NCBI GenBank assembly: GCA_964016885.1
Contig: OZ024763.1
Coordinates: 16,926,001 to 16,990,000, forward strand
Direction of reading: 5' to 3'
Length of the DNA stretch: 64,000 bases
Origin: Eledone cirrhosa
Lineage: Eukaryota
Below are positions 29,955 through 44,055 of this stretch, piece by piece. The notes beneath the pieces are model-generated. The model did no database searches and was not told the DNA's origin. It was given only the letters and a program-made list of their open reading frames with translations. Both the position numbers and the translations under genes were made by a program. Position 1 is the first letter of the stretch; each line of letters starts with the position of its first letter.

Positions 29955-30058
29955 CTGTGTATATGTAAATATATATATATGTGTGTGTCTGTGTGTATAT
30001 GTAAATATATATAGATATATATATAGATATATATATGTGTGTGTGTGTGTGTATGTAA

Positions 30059-30104
<46 letters not shown>

Positions 30105-30458
30105 AAATATATATGTATGTCTGTGTATATGTAAATATATGTGTGCGTGTGTTCCTGGGTGTAACAGGGCGTGTAAGCACGTGCCCACGTGCAGGGCATT
30201 TAAACTCTCCAACAACATTAGACTATTGTAATGTACTTTCGTTTTACGTGCTGCTACTACTACTGCTACTACTACTACTACTACTACTACTGCTAGTTGT
30301 GGTGGTGGTGGTGTTGTTGAAAGTCTTAAAATTGAAGGGCTCCATGTGGTCGATATACTTGCTAGAAATAGCAGCCAAATTTGCTTCAGATTATATTTTG
30401 CTGTACTTTCTTTATACACACACACGTGCGCGCGCACACACACATATATATATTTGTA

Positions 30459-31021
30459 TGTAGATAAATCTACCAAGAGTTTACGGTAGTGTCCAATCCG
30501 TATGAAGAACTCAATGTAATCCGGATATCATGGAAAGAAGAGATGCAATGAAAAATCACTTTCGGTGAAAGATAAACGGAATACAGAGTCAAGATAAAAT
30601 ATTAAAAAAATAATGAATAAAACAATGAAACAGTTCCTTATATTAAACAAAAAAAGTTCATTATTTAACGATCGTTTCTAGGATATATATGTGTTAGAAT
30701 TGGCATGTATATTCAACAGATATATGTACAAAATTATACAAAATTATACAAACTATCAAAATTAAATATACATACCAACACATATATATGTCGTCTTCAG
30801 AATAAATATTTATTCTGAAGACGACATATATATGTGTTGGTATGTATATTTAATTTTGATAGTTTGTATAATTTTGTATAATTTTGTACATATATCTGTT
30901 GAATATACATGCCAATTCTAACACATATATATCCTAGAAACGATCGTTAAATAATGAACTTTTTTTGTTTAATATAAGGAACTGTTTCATTGTTTTATTC
31001 ATTATTTTTTTAATATTTTAT
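30459..31021. mobile_element. Fold-back HHR element with two large-loop hammerheads (30657-30806 minus, 30809-30958 plus)
   Basis: Near-perfect ~215 bp-arm palindrome 30594-31021 centred at 30807/30808, just 5' of CTGAAGA; homologous to 16501-16845. Confidence 0.85.
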
Positions 31022-31378
31022 ATATTTGTATATATATTTGTATATATATATATTTGTATATATATATATATCCGTATGTAGTTGGCGGCTGAGAGAAAAG
31101 TGTTCTTAATACCGAAGTAAAGTTTAAATATTCATTTTATTAAGGCTTTTCCTGACATTTGTACATTATTCTATGTACTATACATGCGCCTTTGGCTAGT
31201 GGTAGTGCTCCTGAGCACTGTAGACAATAATTTCATTAAGATTTTTTTTATTTTTTTATAAATAGTGAATCTTGTTACTCTGGAGTTTCGCCTGTTTATC
31301 ACAGGGTTATCAGGCAAGAACTCTCTCTCACTCTCTCTCTCTCTCTCTCTCCACCTCTCTCTCTCTCTCTCTCTCTCC

Positions 31379-31411
<33 letters not shown>

Positions 31412-31483
31412 CACCTCCCTCCCTCTCTCTCTCTCTCTCTCTCTCCACCTCTCTCTCTATCTCTCTCTCTCTCTCTCTCTCCA

Positions 31484-31523
<40 letters not shown>

Positions 31524-31664
31524 CCTCTCTTTCTCTCTCTCTCTCTCCACCTCTCTTTCTCTCTCTCTCTCTCTCTCTCCACCTCTCTCTCTCTCTCCAC
31601 CTCTCTCTCTCTCCACCTCTCTCTCTCTCTCTCCCTCTCTCTCTCTCTCCACCTCTCTCTCTCC

Positions 31665-31740
<76 letters not shown>

Positions 31741-31741
<1 letters not shown>

Positions 31742-32068
31742 GGAACGAGTAGGACCCCGACGGCTGAGCTCAAGCCGTTTCGACGGCTAATTCTGGACTC
31801 AAATCCAGAATTAGCCGTCGAAACGGCTTGAGCTCAGCTGTCGGGGTCCTACTCGTTCCTATTACCCACTCTACTACTCTAAGTATTGAGTACTTTGGTG
31901 CGTTATGGTCCACCTGGTTCCTTACCACATTTCCTCCGTTATATATATATATATATATATAACGAAGGAAGTGTGGTAATGAACCAGATGGACCATAACG
32001 CACCAGAGTACTCAATACTTAGTCGAAACGGCTTGAGCTCTGCCGTCGGGGTTAAACTTTTTCCTATA
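31741..32068. mobile_element. Two fold-back truncated copies of the long-stem-III HHR family (full copy at 35069)
   Basis: GTCGAAACGGCTTGAGCTCAGCYGTCGGGGT and tail on both strands; further copies at 33590-33765, 33804-34015, 34046-34232, 40590-40671. Confidence 0.85.
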
Positions 32069-32325
32069 TATATTTATATAGTGAAAACTTCGACGGGAAC
32101 AAAAACAGAGAGGCAGTACATATATATATATATTTTTTTAACGATCGACTTTCGTCAAATCGGACCGAGGGAACAATGTTTCCGTTGGTCTTTCCAATTG
32201 CTAATACTATCTATCGGTCGCAACTCCAGGTAGAAGGAGCAACGTGAAATAAAGTGTCTTGCTCAAGGACATAACGCATCGCCTGGTCCAGGAATCGAAC
32301 TCACAACCTTACGATTGCGAATCCA

Positions 32326-32381
<56 letters not shown>

Positions 32382-32520
32382 AGTAAAACCACACACCTTC
32401 CATCCCATCTCAATTCTTGTTATGAAAAGCATAAGAACTGTGAAACCGGTAAAGGAAACAAATAAATATTCTTTAAAAGACTCCAGTTGCATTTTACACA
32501 CTTATACACACACTGCATGG

Positions 32521-32557
<37 letters not shown>

Positions 32558-32686
32558 AGGTTATATTTAATTTGTTGGGATTCCAACAAACTTAAAGGTT
32601 TATAACTGATATAGAGCACTCAACAGTTTACTGGAGTAAATATTCAATATATTAATAAATGGAAACTATATTTATAAAACCATAAT

Positions 32687-32753
32687 TATTTTATTATATA
32701 TATATTTCAAGGGCAACCAATGCAGTCTTGGTGCGCTTTCATCAGATAAAATA
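32687..32753 (-). ncRNA. Minimal type I hammerhead ribozyme motif
   Basis: Reverse complement: TATTTTAT-CTGATGA-AAGCGCACCAA..TTGGTTGCCCTT-GAAA-TATATATA-TA-ATAAAATA. Confidence 0.8.
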
Positions 32754-33209
32754 CAAAATTTGTTTTATAAATAGTGGCATAGCCATGGAAAACAAACAAC
32801 CTTGACGGTTGAAAATCTATCCAGCGAATTTTCAACCATCAAGGTTGTTTTCCATGGTTCACGAATATCATCCCATGATGATATTTGTTTTTGAAATGCG
32901 CATAATAAAATACATGGAACTCTTTTAACCATCTTTTGATCTTATATTATATTATATATATAATCCCAACACTAAACCCATCAAATTTCGTGCTGTTGTG
33001 ACATGAGATGTTGTGCTGTCTTTTTTTTTGTGCAGGAGTTTCGTCACCTAAATAGGCGGGTGACCTAACGACCAGGAATTGCCGGGGTGTCTTGGGGGAA
33101 AGGGACCTGGAACACCTTAAGAGTTATTTCACCGCCTGGAGAGGACATTGACTCCTTCATTCGGAGACGGCGTACAGTAGCAACCGCTGCACAGATCGGT
33201 GGTTTATAA

Positions 33210-33396
<187 letters not shown>

Positions 33397-33761
33397 GTAT
33401 ATATATATATATAATGTGTGTGTGAGGGAGAGAGCCTCGGGTTCAATCGGAGGTAACCACAGTTAGTAAGGTACTCAATACATTAGTAGAGTGTATACAT
33501 CATGTTTAATATAGAAATGGCTTCTACGGGACTAGAACAGCTTTCTTGGTGATTTCTTTTGAAAAATAAAACTTTATATATATATATATAGGAAAGAGTA
33601 GGACCCCGACGGCTGAGCTCAAGCAGTTTCGACGGCTAATTCTGGACGGCTTGAGCTCACCCGTCGGGGTCCTACTCGTTCCTCTTACCCACTTTACTAC
33701 CCTAAGTATTGAGTACTTTGGTGCGTTATGGTCCACCTGGTTCCTTACCACATTTCCTTCG

Positions 33762-33806
<45 letters not shown>

Positions 33807-34013
33807 AACCAGTAAGACCCCGACAGCTGAGCTCAAGCCGTTTCGACGGCTAATTCTCGAGTAAGACCCCGACGGCTAATTCTCCAGTAAGACCCCGACG
33901 GCTTGAGCTCAGCTGTCGGGGTCTTACTGGTTCCTATTACCCACTCTACTACCTCAAGTATTGAGTACTTTGGTGCGTTATGGTCCACCTGGTTCCTTAC
34001 CACATTTCCTTCG

Positions 34014-34048
<35 letters not shown>

Positions 34049-34229
34049 AAAATGTATGACCCCGTCGGCAGAGCTCAAGCCGTTTCGACGGCTATTTCTG
34101 GACTCACGTCGAAACGGCTTGAGCTCTGCCGTCGGGGGTCATACCTTTTCCTATTACCCACTCTACTACCCCAAGTATTGAGTACTCTGGTGCGTTATGG
34201 TCCATCTGGTTCCTTCCACAACTCCTTCG

Positions 34230-34283
<54 letters not shown>

Positions 34284-35068
34284 CAGACCAGGATTTTTTC
34301 ATTCTGAGGAATGAAAGCAAAATTTTCCGTTCTTTACTTTTACTTCGTACGATCTTTCATGTAGCTTGTATAAGACTTTTTGTTTCGCGGCGGTACCCTT
34401 AGAGTTAGCATTAGTATTTTTTTGCGGGACCCTGAATTATATTCTCGTACTAGTTTACTTTCTTGCACTGGGTGGTTGCTGGCCCTGTGATTGGGGTAGA
34501 AACCTTTATTATTTCGTGGTAGTATCTTTAGTATTTTGCCCCCCTCCCCCTTTGTTGACCCGTCACCGTACGATACACGCACTTATATCTCGTATAAGGG
34601 TCCCTTTATTTCCGTCCCACCTAATTTATTTTTATTATTATTATTTTTTTTTTATTCTTTATTCTATATATATATTTTTTTTAAATTTATTTATCTATTT
34701 TATTCACTTATTTGTTTATTTATTTATTTATGTATTTTTTTAGTCTAGCAATAGCGAGAGACTTAAGTCTTAGTAACCAGACTTTGCTTATTTTTTTTTT
34801 TTCATTCTCAGTACTTTTTATAGTTTTACCCTTTATTGTTCTACTTACCGTTTCGACTTCCTTCCCCTCCCCAGTATCCTCTTTGACCTCACGCCCAGCT
34901 GTAGCCGGCACTACCAACGCATGAATGGGTCTACTCCACCCCCTCTCCCTTTTTCTCCTACCGGCAGGTTTAGCTACCCCTTCCCCCACCAATTTGCCAT
35001 CACAGATTTACTACTAACTTGTGATGTGACCAATCCTGGTCATTATCTCTTTGACCATATATGGAATT

Positions 35069-35162
35069 ACCCCTTGATAAGCTCGGCTATTTAAATACCA
35101 GAATACATTTTCATTCAGTTCAGAATTAGCCGTCGAAACGGCTTGAGCTCAGCCGTCGGGGT
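35069..35162 (+). ncRNA. Type I hammerhead ribozyme, U3-A8 core variant, long stem III, GUC site
   Basis: ACCCC-TTGATAA-GCTCGGCTA..TAGCCGTC-GAAA-CGGCTTGAGCTCAGCCG-TC-GGGGT. Confidence 0.85.
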
Positions 35163-35254
35163 CTTACTTGTTCCTATTACCCACTCTACTACCCTAAGTA
35201 TTGAGTACTTTGGTGCGTTATGGTCCACCTGGTTCCTTACCACTTTTCCTTCGT

Positions 35255-35324
<70 letters not shown>

Positions 35325-35683
35325 TATACATGCATATACAAAATATGGGCGAAGACAGTAAAATGAAGGAATACAGAGAGTAGTCCCATGTCATCAGTCG
35401 ATCACAAGCGATATGTTGTTTCGGTGATTTAAAGTCGATACAAATGACTCTAGTCAGGGCCTCAAAGAGAAATTTTGCAAGACAGTAAAAGACCCCTTTG
35501 AGGCGCGAAGCAGGCAAGGATTTTTCTCAAAAAGGATATTGCATAGTTTCTGTGGGGCCTTCTTAGCTCTTGGGTCTCGGAACAAAGTACCGACTGAACA
35601 CCCCTGGCGTAAGCCCGAGCTCGTAAATCGTAAGACTAGCACAAGGGACAGCAACAAAAACACAATACGATAGTCTTAACGAC

Positions 35684-35726
<43 letters not shown>

Positions 35727-35911
35727 AAGGTTAAACAAGGTTCAATGATTAAATCAAAGAATGAGTTTTACAATAGATTGGAAGCACTCAACTCTTGTGG
35801 TTTTCCGGAGTTATTAATATTATTTCAAAATATTAACAAAAATAGACATTCGTGTGATCAAGTATATTTTATTACACATATTTCATATATAGGGTATGCC
35901 ATGCATCATCT

Positions 35912-35978
35912 TATTTTATCTGATGAGGACGTACTGTTGAAGATAGCTCAGTACCTCTGAAATATGTATAATAAAATA
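35912..35978 (+). ncRNA. Minimal type I hammerhead ribozyme motif (family of 13408)
   Basis: TATTTTAT-CTGATGA-GGACGTACTG..CAGTACCTCT-GAAA-TATGTA-TA-ATAAAATA; inverted tail copy at 35722-35885. Confidence 0.82.
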
Positions 35979-36431
35979 TACTTGATCACACGAATGTCTA
36001 TTTTTGTTAATATTTTGAATTAATATATGTATATATATATATATATTTACGTATATATGTGTATATATATATGTATATATATTTATATATGTATATATAT
36101 TTATATAAATATGTATATATATATGTATATATATTTATATATGTATATATATTTATATATGTATATATAATTATATATGTATATATATTTATATATGTAT
36201 ATATATTTATATATATATGTATATATTTATATATGTGTGTATATATTTATATATGTATATATATATTTATATATATGTGTATATATTTATATATGTGTAT
36301 ATATTTATATATGTATATATATATTTATATATATGTGTATATATTTATATGTATATATAATTATATATATATGTATATATATTTATATAATGATATAAAA
36401 TAAATGGTAACTATATTTATGAAACCATATT

Positions 36432-36492
36432 TATTCTATTATATATATTTCAAGGGTACCAAAACTTTGGTGCGCTTTCATCAGATAAAATA
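36432..36492 (-). ncRNA. Minimal type I hammerhead ribozyme motif (family of 32687)
   Basis: Reverse complement: TATTTTAT-CTGATGA-AAGCGCACCAAAGTTTTGGTACCCTT-GAAA-TATATA-TA-ATAGAATA. Confidence 0.8.
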
Positions 36493-37588
36493 CGAAGTGT
36501 GTTTTATAAATTTTGACATAACGAAAGAAAATACCTTAACGGTTCAAGTTTTCCTTGGAAAAACTTGTTGAGTGCTCTGAATCAGTTATAAACATTTATA
36601 TTTGTTGAATTACCAACAAATTGAACATCCGTTCTGCTTATATATATATATGTTTATATATTTATATATGTATATATAATTATATATGTATATATGTATA
36701 TATATGTATATATAATTATATATATATATATGTATATATATTTATATATATATATGTATATATATGTATATATAATTATATATATATATGTATATATATT
36801 TATATATATATATGTATATATAATTATATATATATATGTATATATAATTATATATATATATTTATATATATATATGTATATATATGTATATATAATTATA
36901 TATATATATGTATATATATTTATATATATATATGTATATATATTTATATATAATTATATATATATATATGTATATATATTTATATATATATATGTATATA
37001 TATTTATATATATATATGTATATATAATTATATATATATATGTATATATATTTATATATATATATGTATATATATTTATATATGTATATATATTTATATA
37101 TATATATATTTATATATATATATATATAATTATATATATATATATGTATATATAATTATATATATTGGTAAAAGGAAAAGAAAATGCTGACAAATTGTTC
37201 CCAGTGAAAAATAGTTTAATTAGGAATAAGTAAAAATTAGTAATAAGTATTGGTTAGTATTCAGTTTTAAGTTTTACCGGTTGCGCATTTCTAATGCTTT
37301 TCAAAAATAATTTTGACATAGAGCGCTCGTGATGTTTGCTCTAATTGTATATATATATGTATATATAATTATTTATATATATGTATATATATTTATATAT
37401 AATTATTTATATATATGTATATATATTTATATATATTGTTATACTTTGGGAGGGTCATGTTGCCAATAAGAAACACACGCACCAGTTGCTTTCACTTCAA
37501 TTTATTATGTAATAAATTTATAAATTTAGGAATTTATAAATTTCCGGTTGGTTGGTTGGTTCCACAACCAGATGGTTGTTTGTATATT

Positions 37589-37631
37589 GTCAAAGTTCTT
37601 TCGTCACACATTCTGTGACCTCTTCAGTGAC
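37589..37631 (-). ncRNA. Minimal type I hammerhead ribozyme motif
   Basis: Reverse complement: GTCA-CTGAAGA-GGTCACAGAATGTGTGAC-GAAA-GAAC-TT-TGAC; the host element 37437-37731 is repeated at 47898-48192. Confidence 0.7.
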
Positions 37632-38013
37632 TGGGGATTCTTTTCTTTGTTTTTGTGCCTCTCCTTTGTTCTGTCCTACGCCATCTTGTTTTTCAGATAA
37701 AGAATCTTGCTAAACAAATTCAGAAACGAAATATATATAAATATATATATATATATATCATAAAGATGCCTATACTCTACCAATGTATTGAGTACTTTTT
37801 TTAACTGTGGTTACCCCTACCCCTACTCAACTCATTCTACATATTATATATATATATATGTTTTTTGTGCCTCTCCTTTGTTCTGTCCTACGCCATATAT
37901 ATATATATATATACTTATATATTAATATATGTATATATATTTATATATATATATATATATATGTTTATATATATATATATATATATATATATGTTTATAT
38001 ATATATATATGTT

Positions 38014-38044
<31 letters not shown>

Positions 38045-38516
38045 GTATATATATTTATATATATATCTATATATATGTATATATATATATATGTATATCA
38101 CATAACTATATATATATATGTATATATATTTATATATATATATATGTATATCACATAACTATATATATATATGTATATATAATTATATATATATATATGT
38201 ATAAATATTTATATATATGTATATATATTTATATATATATATGTATATATATTTATATATATGTATATATAATTATATATATATGTATATATATATATAT
38301 AGAATGATTGAGTATCGAGAGAGAGAAGAAAATGGAAAGATGGTCGATACATATATTTAGTTGCCAATAGTTTATGCATGTGTACTCAATACTCGTACCT
38401 ACAGGGTTAAATATTAGAGGCGTCAATATTTAGTGGGCGAGAAAAAATAAGCAGAGCGATTATTAAGGAAATGAATACAAAGAGTTTAAAACCGTTAAAA
38501 CATGTTCATATAATTG

Positions 38517-38559
38517 TGCGCCTACATATGTTTCACCCTGAGTGGGCTTATCAAGGGCA
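38517..38559 (-). ncRNA. Minimal type I hammerhead motif, U3-A8 core variant
   Basis: Reverse complement: TGCCC-TTGATAA-GCCCACTCAGGGT-GAAA-CATATG-TA-GGCGCA. Confidence 0.8.
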
Positions 38560-38687
38560 TGGAAAGCAAAATAATGATCAATATAGGACCCAGGAGGGAA
38601 GTCACTGTTACATTAACATCATCATTCATTTTTCCCCTCTGTGCATGTGTATATATTTATTTATATATATATAAATATATATATATA

Positions 38688-38818
<131 letters not shown>

Positions 38819-38882
38819 TATATATATATAAATATATATATATATAAATATATATATATATAAATAAATATATATATATATA

Positions 38883-39106
<224 letters not shown>

Positions 39107-39109
39107 AAT

Positions 39110-39300
<191 letters not shown>

Positions 39301-39640
39301 TTTAACTGTGCTAATAATTATTATCCTTCTCTCTCTATATAGTACTCCCTCTCTCTTGAGTTTTTCTATATGTATGGTGAATTATTATTAATCTGTTGCT
39401 TTCGTTTGCCTCTCTTATTTCTTCCTTGTTCCTTTTCACCTCCTCCTTTCTTTCTCTCCCTTCTATTTCTCTGTTTTTTCTTTACCTCCGTTTCTTCTTT
39501 CTCTCCGTCTTTTTTCTAACTGTGCTTAACACTATAACTAAATAAGTATAAACAAATCACTACCCAGACAGCTTCCTAATTTAATGGTCGCTTATAATAT
39601 GGTACGTCAAAATTATTTATAAAACTGTTTATATATATTG

Positions 39641-39706
39641 TATTTTATCTGACGAAGGCATGCCATATTTTTAATATGGTATCCCTGAAATATGTATAAT
39701 GAAATA
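39641..39706 (+). ncRNA. Minimal type I hammerhead ribozyme motif
   Basis: TATTTTAT-CTGACGA-AGGCATGCCATATT..AATATGGTATCCCT-GAAA-TATGTA-TA-ATGAAATA. Confidence 0.82.
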
Positions 39707-39763
39707 AATATGGTTTTATAAATCTAGTTTCCATTTGTTTAATATCGTTTATTTATATATATA

Positions 39764-39814
<51 letters not shown>

Positions 39815-39858
39815 TTATATATATATATTTATATATATATGTTTATATATATATATAT

Positions 39859-40579
39859 ACTAGCAGCTGAGCCCGGTTGCACCCCGGGACCACTTTTTAT
39901 TCAGTTAATAATTTGAAAAATATTATTGAAAGTTTATTATAAAGAAGCAGTTTCAGGAAAAAAAATAGAAATATGCACTTGGGGCTGGACGGCGTACAAT
40001 GAGAAGTGGAGCGACGTGGAAAGCGTTGTTTATTAACAGAGAAATAGCAATGTCGATGATATGCAAGTTTGAAAATGAAACGTATTAATCTGCATTTTCA
40101 AACTTGCATATCATCGACATTGCTATTTCTCTGTTAATAAACAACGCTTTTCACGTCGCCCCACTTCTCATTGTACGCCGTCCAGCCCCAAGTGCATATT
40201 TCTATTTTTTTCTTCCTGAAACTGCTTCTTTATAATAAACTTTCAATAATATTTTTTCAAATTATTGGTACTGTATGTTAACAGCGAAAGAACGTTGATG
40301 AGTGTAAAAATTGGTATGAAATTATAAATAAGACAAAAGTATTAGAACATGGGGAAATAACTCACCGAACGCGATAGTTTTGGGGGCCCCAGGGACCACA
40401 TTTTTCAAGTTAGAGATTTGAACCCTCGTCTATTTCCTTCCTTGGCACTTTTTACATAGGTGTGTAAATTTTCATGTCAGTCCGACCACGTCTACTACCA
40501 TTTAACCGTGCACATCTGAATTTCAACCACCGCACATCTGAATTTCAACCACCGCCCATTTCACAAATATATATTAGAT
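39859..40579 (-). mobile_element. Non-autonomous Helitron-like element containing a ~170 bp-arm inverted duplication
   Basis: ACTAG next to a GC hairpin CCCGG-TTGCAC-CCCGGG (minus-strand hairpin+CTAG 3' end); other end ...TATATTAGAT; palindrome ~39907-40266. Confidence 0.6.
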
Positions 40580-40671
40580 ATGTATATAGCTGTCGAAACG
40601 GCCGGAGCTCAGCCGTTGGGGTCCTGACTCTTTTCCTATTACCCACTCTACTACCTTAAGTATTGAGTACT

Positions 40672-41126
40672 TAATATATATGATAGTGCACATACTAAAA
40701 TATGGAATGTTACGCGATGGAGCCCCCCATACAGCCCCGGCGGACAAGATGGAGAAGGCGTTTTTCCGGAGGACGGCAAGGGAGACGCGCTGGAAAAGCC
40801 GTTCCAACTCAAAGGGTTCACACCTGCGGCTGGCCAGCTCAGCGCCTATGGTGGTGAGTAGGGAGGTAGCCCTAGGGCCAAGGACACCAGAAGACTCCAC
40901 TGCCAAGGGCACGACCGCGAACCTGTCGGAGAGCGACCGCTACTTGGAGATCTTGGCCTCCTCAGCCCGATGTGCAGCAGTACCTGGGTTAGTCGCAGAC
41001 TGCACCAGGTTGCGGCTGGAGAAAGTGTCGCTGCAAGTGGCATCCCGGACGAGGGGTTTACCACCGCGGAACGGGAAGATGGTCATACCGTCTGGCTCTT
41101 TTACCGTCCCCTCCGTCCAGCTCCAC
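40672..41126 (-). mobile_element. CRE-like non-LTR retrotransposon 3' fragment (restriction-like endonuclease domain), disabled
   Basis: Minus translation PDGMTIFPFRGGKPLVRDATCSDT...AAHRAEEAKISK*RSL..FAVVPLAVESSGVLG...LFQRVSLAVLRKNAFSIL matches the PD..D and QR.S.A..R.NA pattern of RLE domains; one in-frame stop. Confidence 0.8.
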
Positions 41127-41161
41127 CTCTGGTGTGTTATGGTCTACCAGGAATCTTACCA

Positions 41162-41207
<46 letters not shown>

Positions 41208-41214
41208 GTATGTG

Positions 41215-41730
41215 AGGAGGGTGACTTTGGACATCCTGCAGGACTAAAAACAAAACCTGTCAAAGGGCAAAGGAGCTCTTAAGAGTCAATGGCCATCCAA
41301 AATCACCGGGAGAGATGACCCCTTAGCCTTTGTCAAGGCAGAATTCTAGGAGAAGGAAAACTCTGATATAACACCTGCAACCCTGATGGTATCCAATGAT
41401 GTTGACTTGTTCTTCTTTTTGGTAAATATCATCTTGGTTAAGAGAGTGGGACTGGCTTTGTGCAGTGCCTTTGCTCACTATAAAAGCTTCACGGCACAGG
41501 CATTGCTTTATATCTGGAGATCTCTCTGCACTTGTCGTCACATGGTACCATGGGCCCAGCACTATGTGTCAATAATTGTCACCATTGTAGTGTTTGTACC
41601 AGAGTTTTCAAGTCGCTGGCTGGACTAAAAAGTCACACTCGTTCAGCGCATCAGTAGGGGTTCTCCTACATGGATATAAAGTAGTGGCCGTACTCGAAAA
41701 CGAGTTGGCAGCCACCATGTATGTATGTTT
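41215..41730 (+). mobile_element. Short non-autonomous RTE-derived element (RTE-like 5' UTR joined to a 3' end with C2H2 finger remnant)
   Basis: CTAGGAGAAGGAAAACTCTGA head motif; CSVCTRVFKSLAGLKSHTRSAHQ* at 41586-41657; (ATGT)n tail; inverted second copy at 44491-44832. Confidence 0.65.
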
Positions 41731-41782
41731 GTTTCTATGTATATATGTATGTATATATGCATATATATATATATATATATAT

Positions 41783-41818
<36 letters not shown>

Positions 41819-41932
41819 ATAATAAATATGAAGACTAAAATCCAAAGTGGGCTCGATAAGGATAAATATATATATCAAACATGTAAGTACCCGAGAGCAA
41901 ATATTTATTAAAATTAACAGATTAAAGTTTAA

Positions 41933-41988
<56 letters not shown>

Positions 41989-42123
41989 TTAAACTTTAAT
42001 CTGTTACAGTAATACACTGTGATAATTGCTGGCCTTGTGCCAAAAGTAGAAACAGTTATTCGTTATATTAACTTTATCTTCTCAGCTCTTTAAGAGTCCG
42101 AAAGATCGGATACGTATACACAA

Positions 42124-42172
<49 letters not shown>

Positions 42173-42317
42173 ATGTGTATATATATATGTGTGTGTGTGT
42201 GTGTGTATGTGTATATATATATGTGTGTGTGTGTGTGTGTATGTGTATATATATATATGTGTGTGTGTGTGTGTATGTGTATATATATATATATGTGTGT
42301 ATGTGTATATATATATA

Positions 42318-42380
<63 letters not shown>

Positions 42381-42393
42381 ACATATATATATA

Positions 42394-42558
<165 letters not shown>

Positions 42559-42615
42559 ATATGTGTACATATATGTGTGTATATATGTATATATATATGT
42601 GTGTGTGTATATATG

Positions 42616-42648
<33 letters not shown>

Positions 42649-42729
42649 ATTTATATATATGTGTGTGTATTTATGTTTATATTTGCGTGTATATATATGT
42701 TTATATATGTGTGTATGTATATATATGTG

Positions 42730-42765
<36 letters not shown>

Positions 42766-42943
42766 TGTATAATTATAAACACCGTCTCCCGTCAATTCTC
42801 CATGCTTCCATGAGTTATAAGTGTCGTCTGCCAGACACTGTAACTAGACATGTCAGATAACTCTATACCTTGGTCATACCTTATTGTTTGGCTATGGTTG
42901 TTATGGACGGATAACCTACCTAACCTCTATATATATATATAAT

Positions 42944-42989
<46 letters not shown>

Positions 42990-43215
42990 AATATAATTCA
43001 GCGAGAATCGTATTTCGGCTGGTAGAAAAAGCGAAACGAAACGCAAAATCGTAGAAATGCTGGCAAGCGCTCAATAGTTAAGAAAACTAGAGCTAAACAA
43101 TAAGTTAAAACGCCATACAAACTGAAAAAGTGGTTAAGAAGGCATTAACCACCTAAGCCAAAAAACAAATCAAGCTAAACAGGTCAAACAAAATAAATGA
43201 TAAATGATAAATATG

Positions 43216-43492
43216 AGGCACATGGCTTAGAGATTAGAGCAGTAGGCTTGCAATCGAAAGGTTGTGAGTTCAATTCTTGGACCGGGTGATGTGTTGTTTC
43301 CTTGAGCAAGACACTTTATTTCACGCTGCTCCAGTTTACTCAGCTGAAAATGAGTACCAGCAATAGCTGGAGGTTTAACCCGGCCATGGACTGGCATCCT
43401 GTCCAGGGGTGAGTCCTGTACTCTCAGTTGCTTCACGCCATGAAACAGGGATAAGCACCGGCCAAATGAGCCTTCTGGCTTAAGACAGACTT
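43216..43492 (+). mobile_element. tRNA-derived SINE with CORE-like domain
   Basis: TGGCTTAG..TTAGAGC A box, GAGTTCAATTC B box, CCTTGAGCAAGACACTT core; relatives at 8760-9000, 32225-32325 (-), 44268-44446 (-), 59047-59385. Confidence 0.8.
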
Positions 43493-43499
43493 CAGATAT

Positions 43500-43944
43500 C
43501 TATCTATCTAAGGCGGGTAAAATTCCCGAGATCCATGGACGAGTTCTCTCCAGCGGTCTCTGTCCCTCATTATCGCTGCCATATCCTGCATCTCCAACAG
43601 ACCAGTGTCTGTCCTTAGGGCATCAACATATGTTAACCTTGGTCTTCCTCTTCTAGTGTGTCCATGTAGGGGCTCCCAAAGGAGCACTGAGTGCAATGTC
43701 AACTCTGGATGTCGGTGAGCATGTCCAGCCAACCTCAGTCTCCTCTGTGTCACTTTTGAGCTGACTTTTGGGATGCTCCCATACAGCTCTGAGTTTTTCA
43801 TCCTCAGTGTATACTGATTAATGTTCAGAGCCATTGCTGTAGTGGAGTCTGTGCTGCTGTATGGGTCTGAGACTTGGACACTGACCAAGAGACTCACTCA
43901 GATGGTGGATGGGTGCTACACGAGAATGCTGAGGATGGCTCTGA
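43500..43944 (-). mobile_element. RTE-type LINE insertion with inverted 5' segment and target-site duplication
   Basis: Minus: MALNINQY...RRLRLAGHAHRH...RRGRPRLTYVD; plus: AVVESVLLYGSETWTLTK...RMLRMALN; ACTTCAGATAT at 43489 and 43945; (TAGA)n tail. Confidence 0.85.
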
Positions 43945-43949
43945 ACTTC

Positions 43950-44055
<106 letters not shown>

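Noticed and set aside
34340-34992. Short ORFs in the body of the longest HHR element as remnants of an RT or GIY-YIG protein
   Set aside because: No recognisable RT or endonuclease motifs by eye.
35385-35455. Minus-strand GAAAC and CTGATGA near each other
   Set aside because: Cannot be folded into a hammerhead: G at the cleavage position and no stem I.
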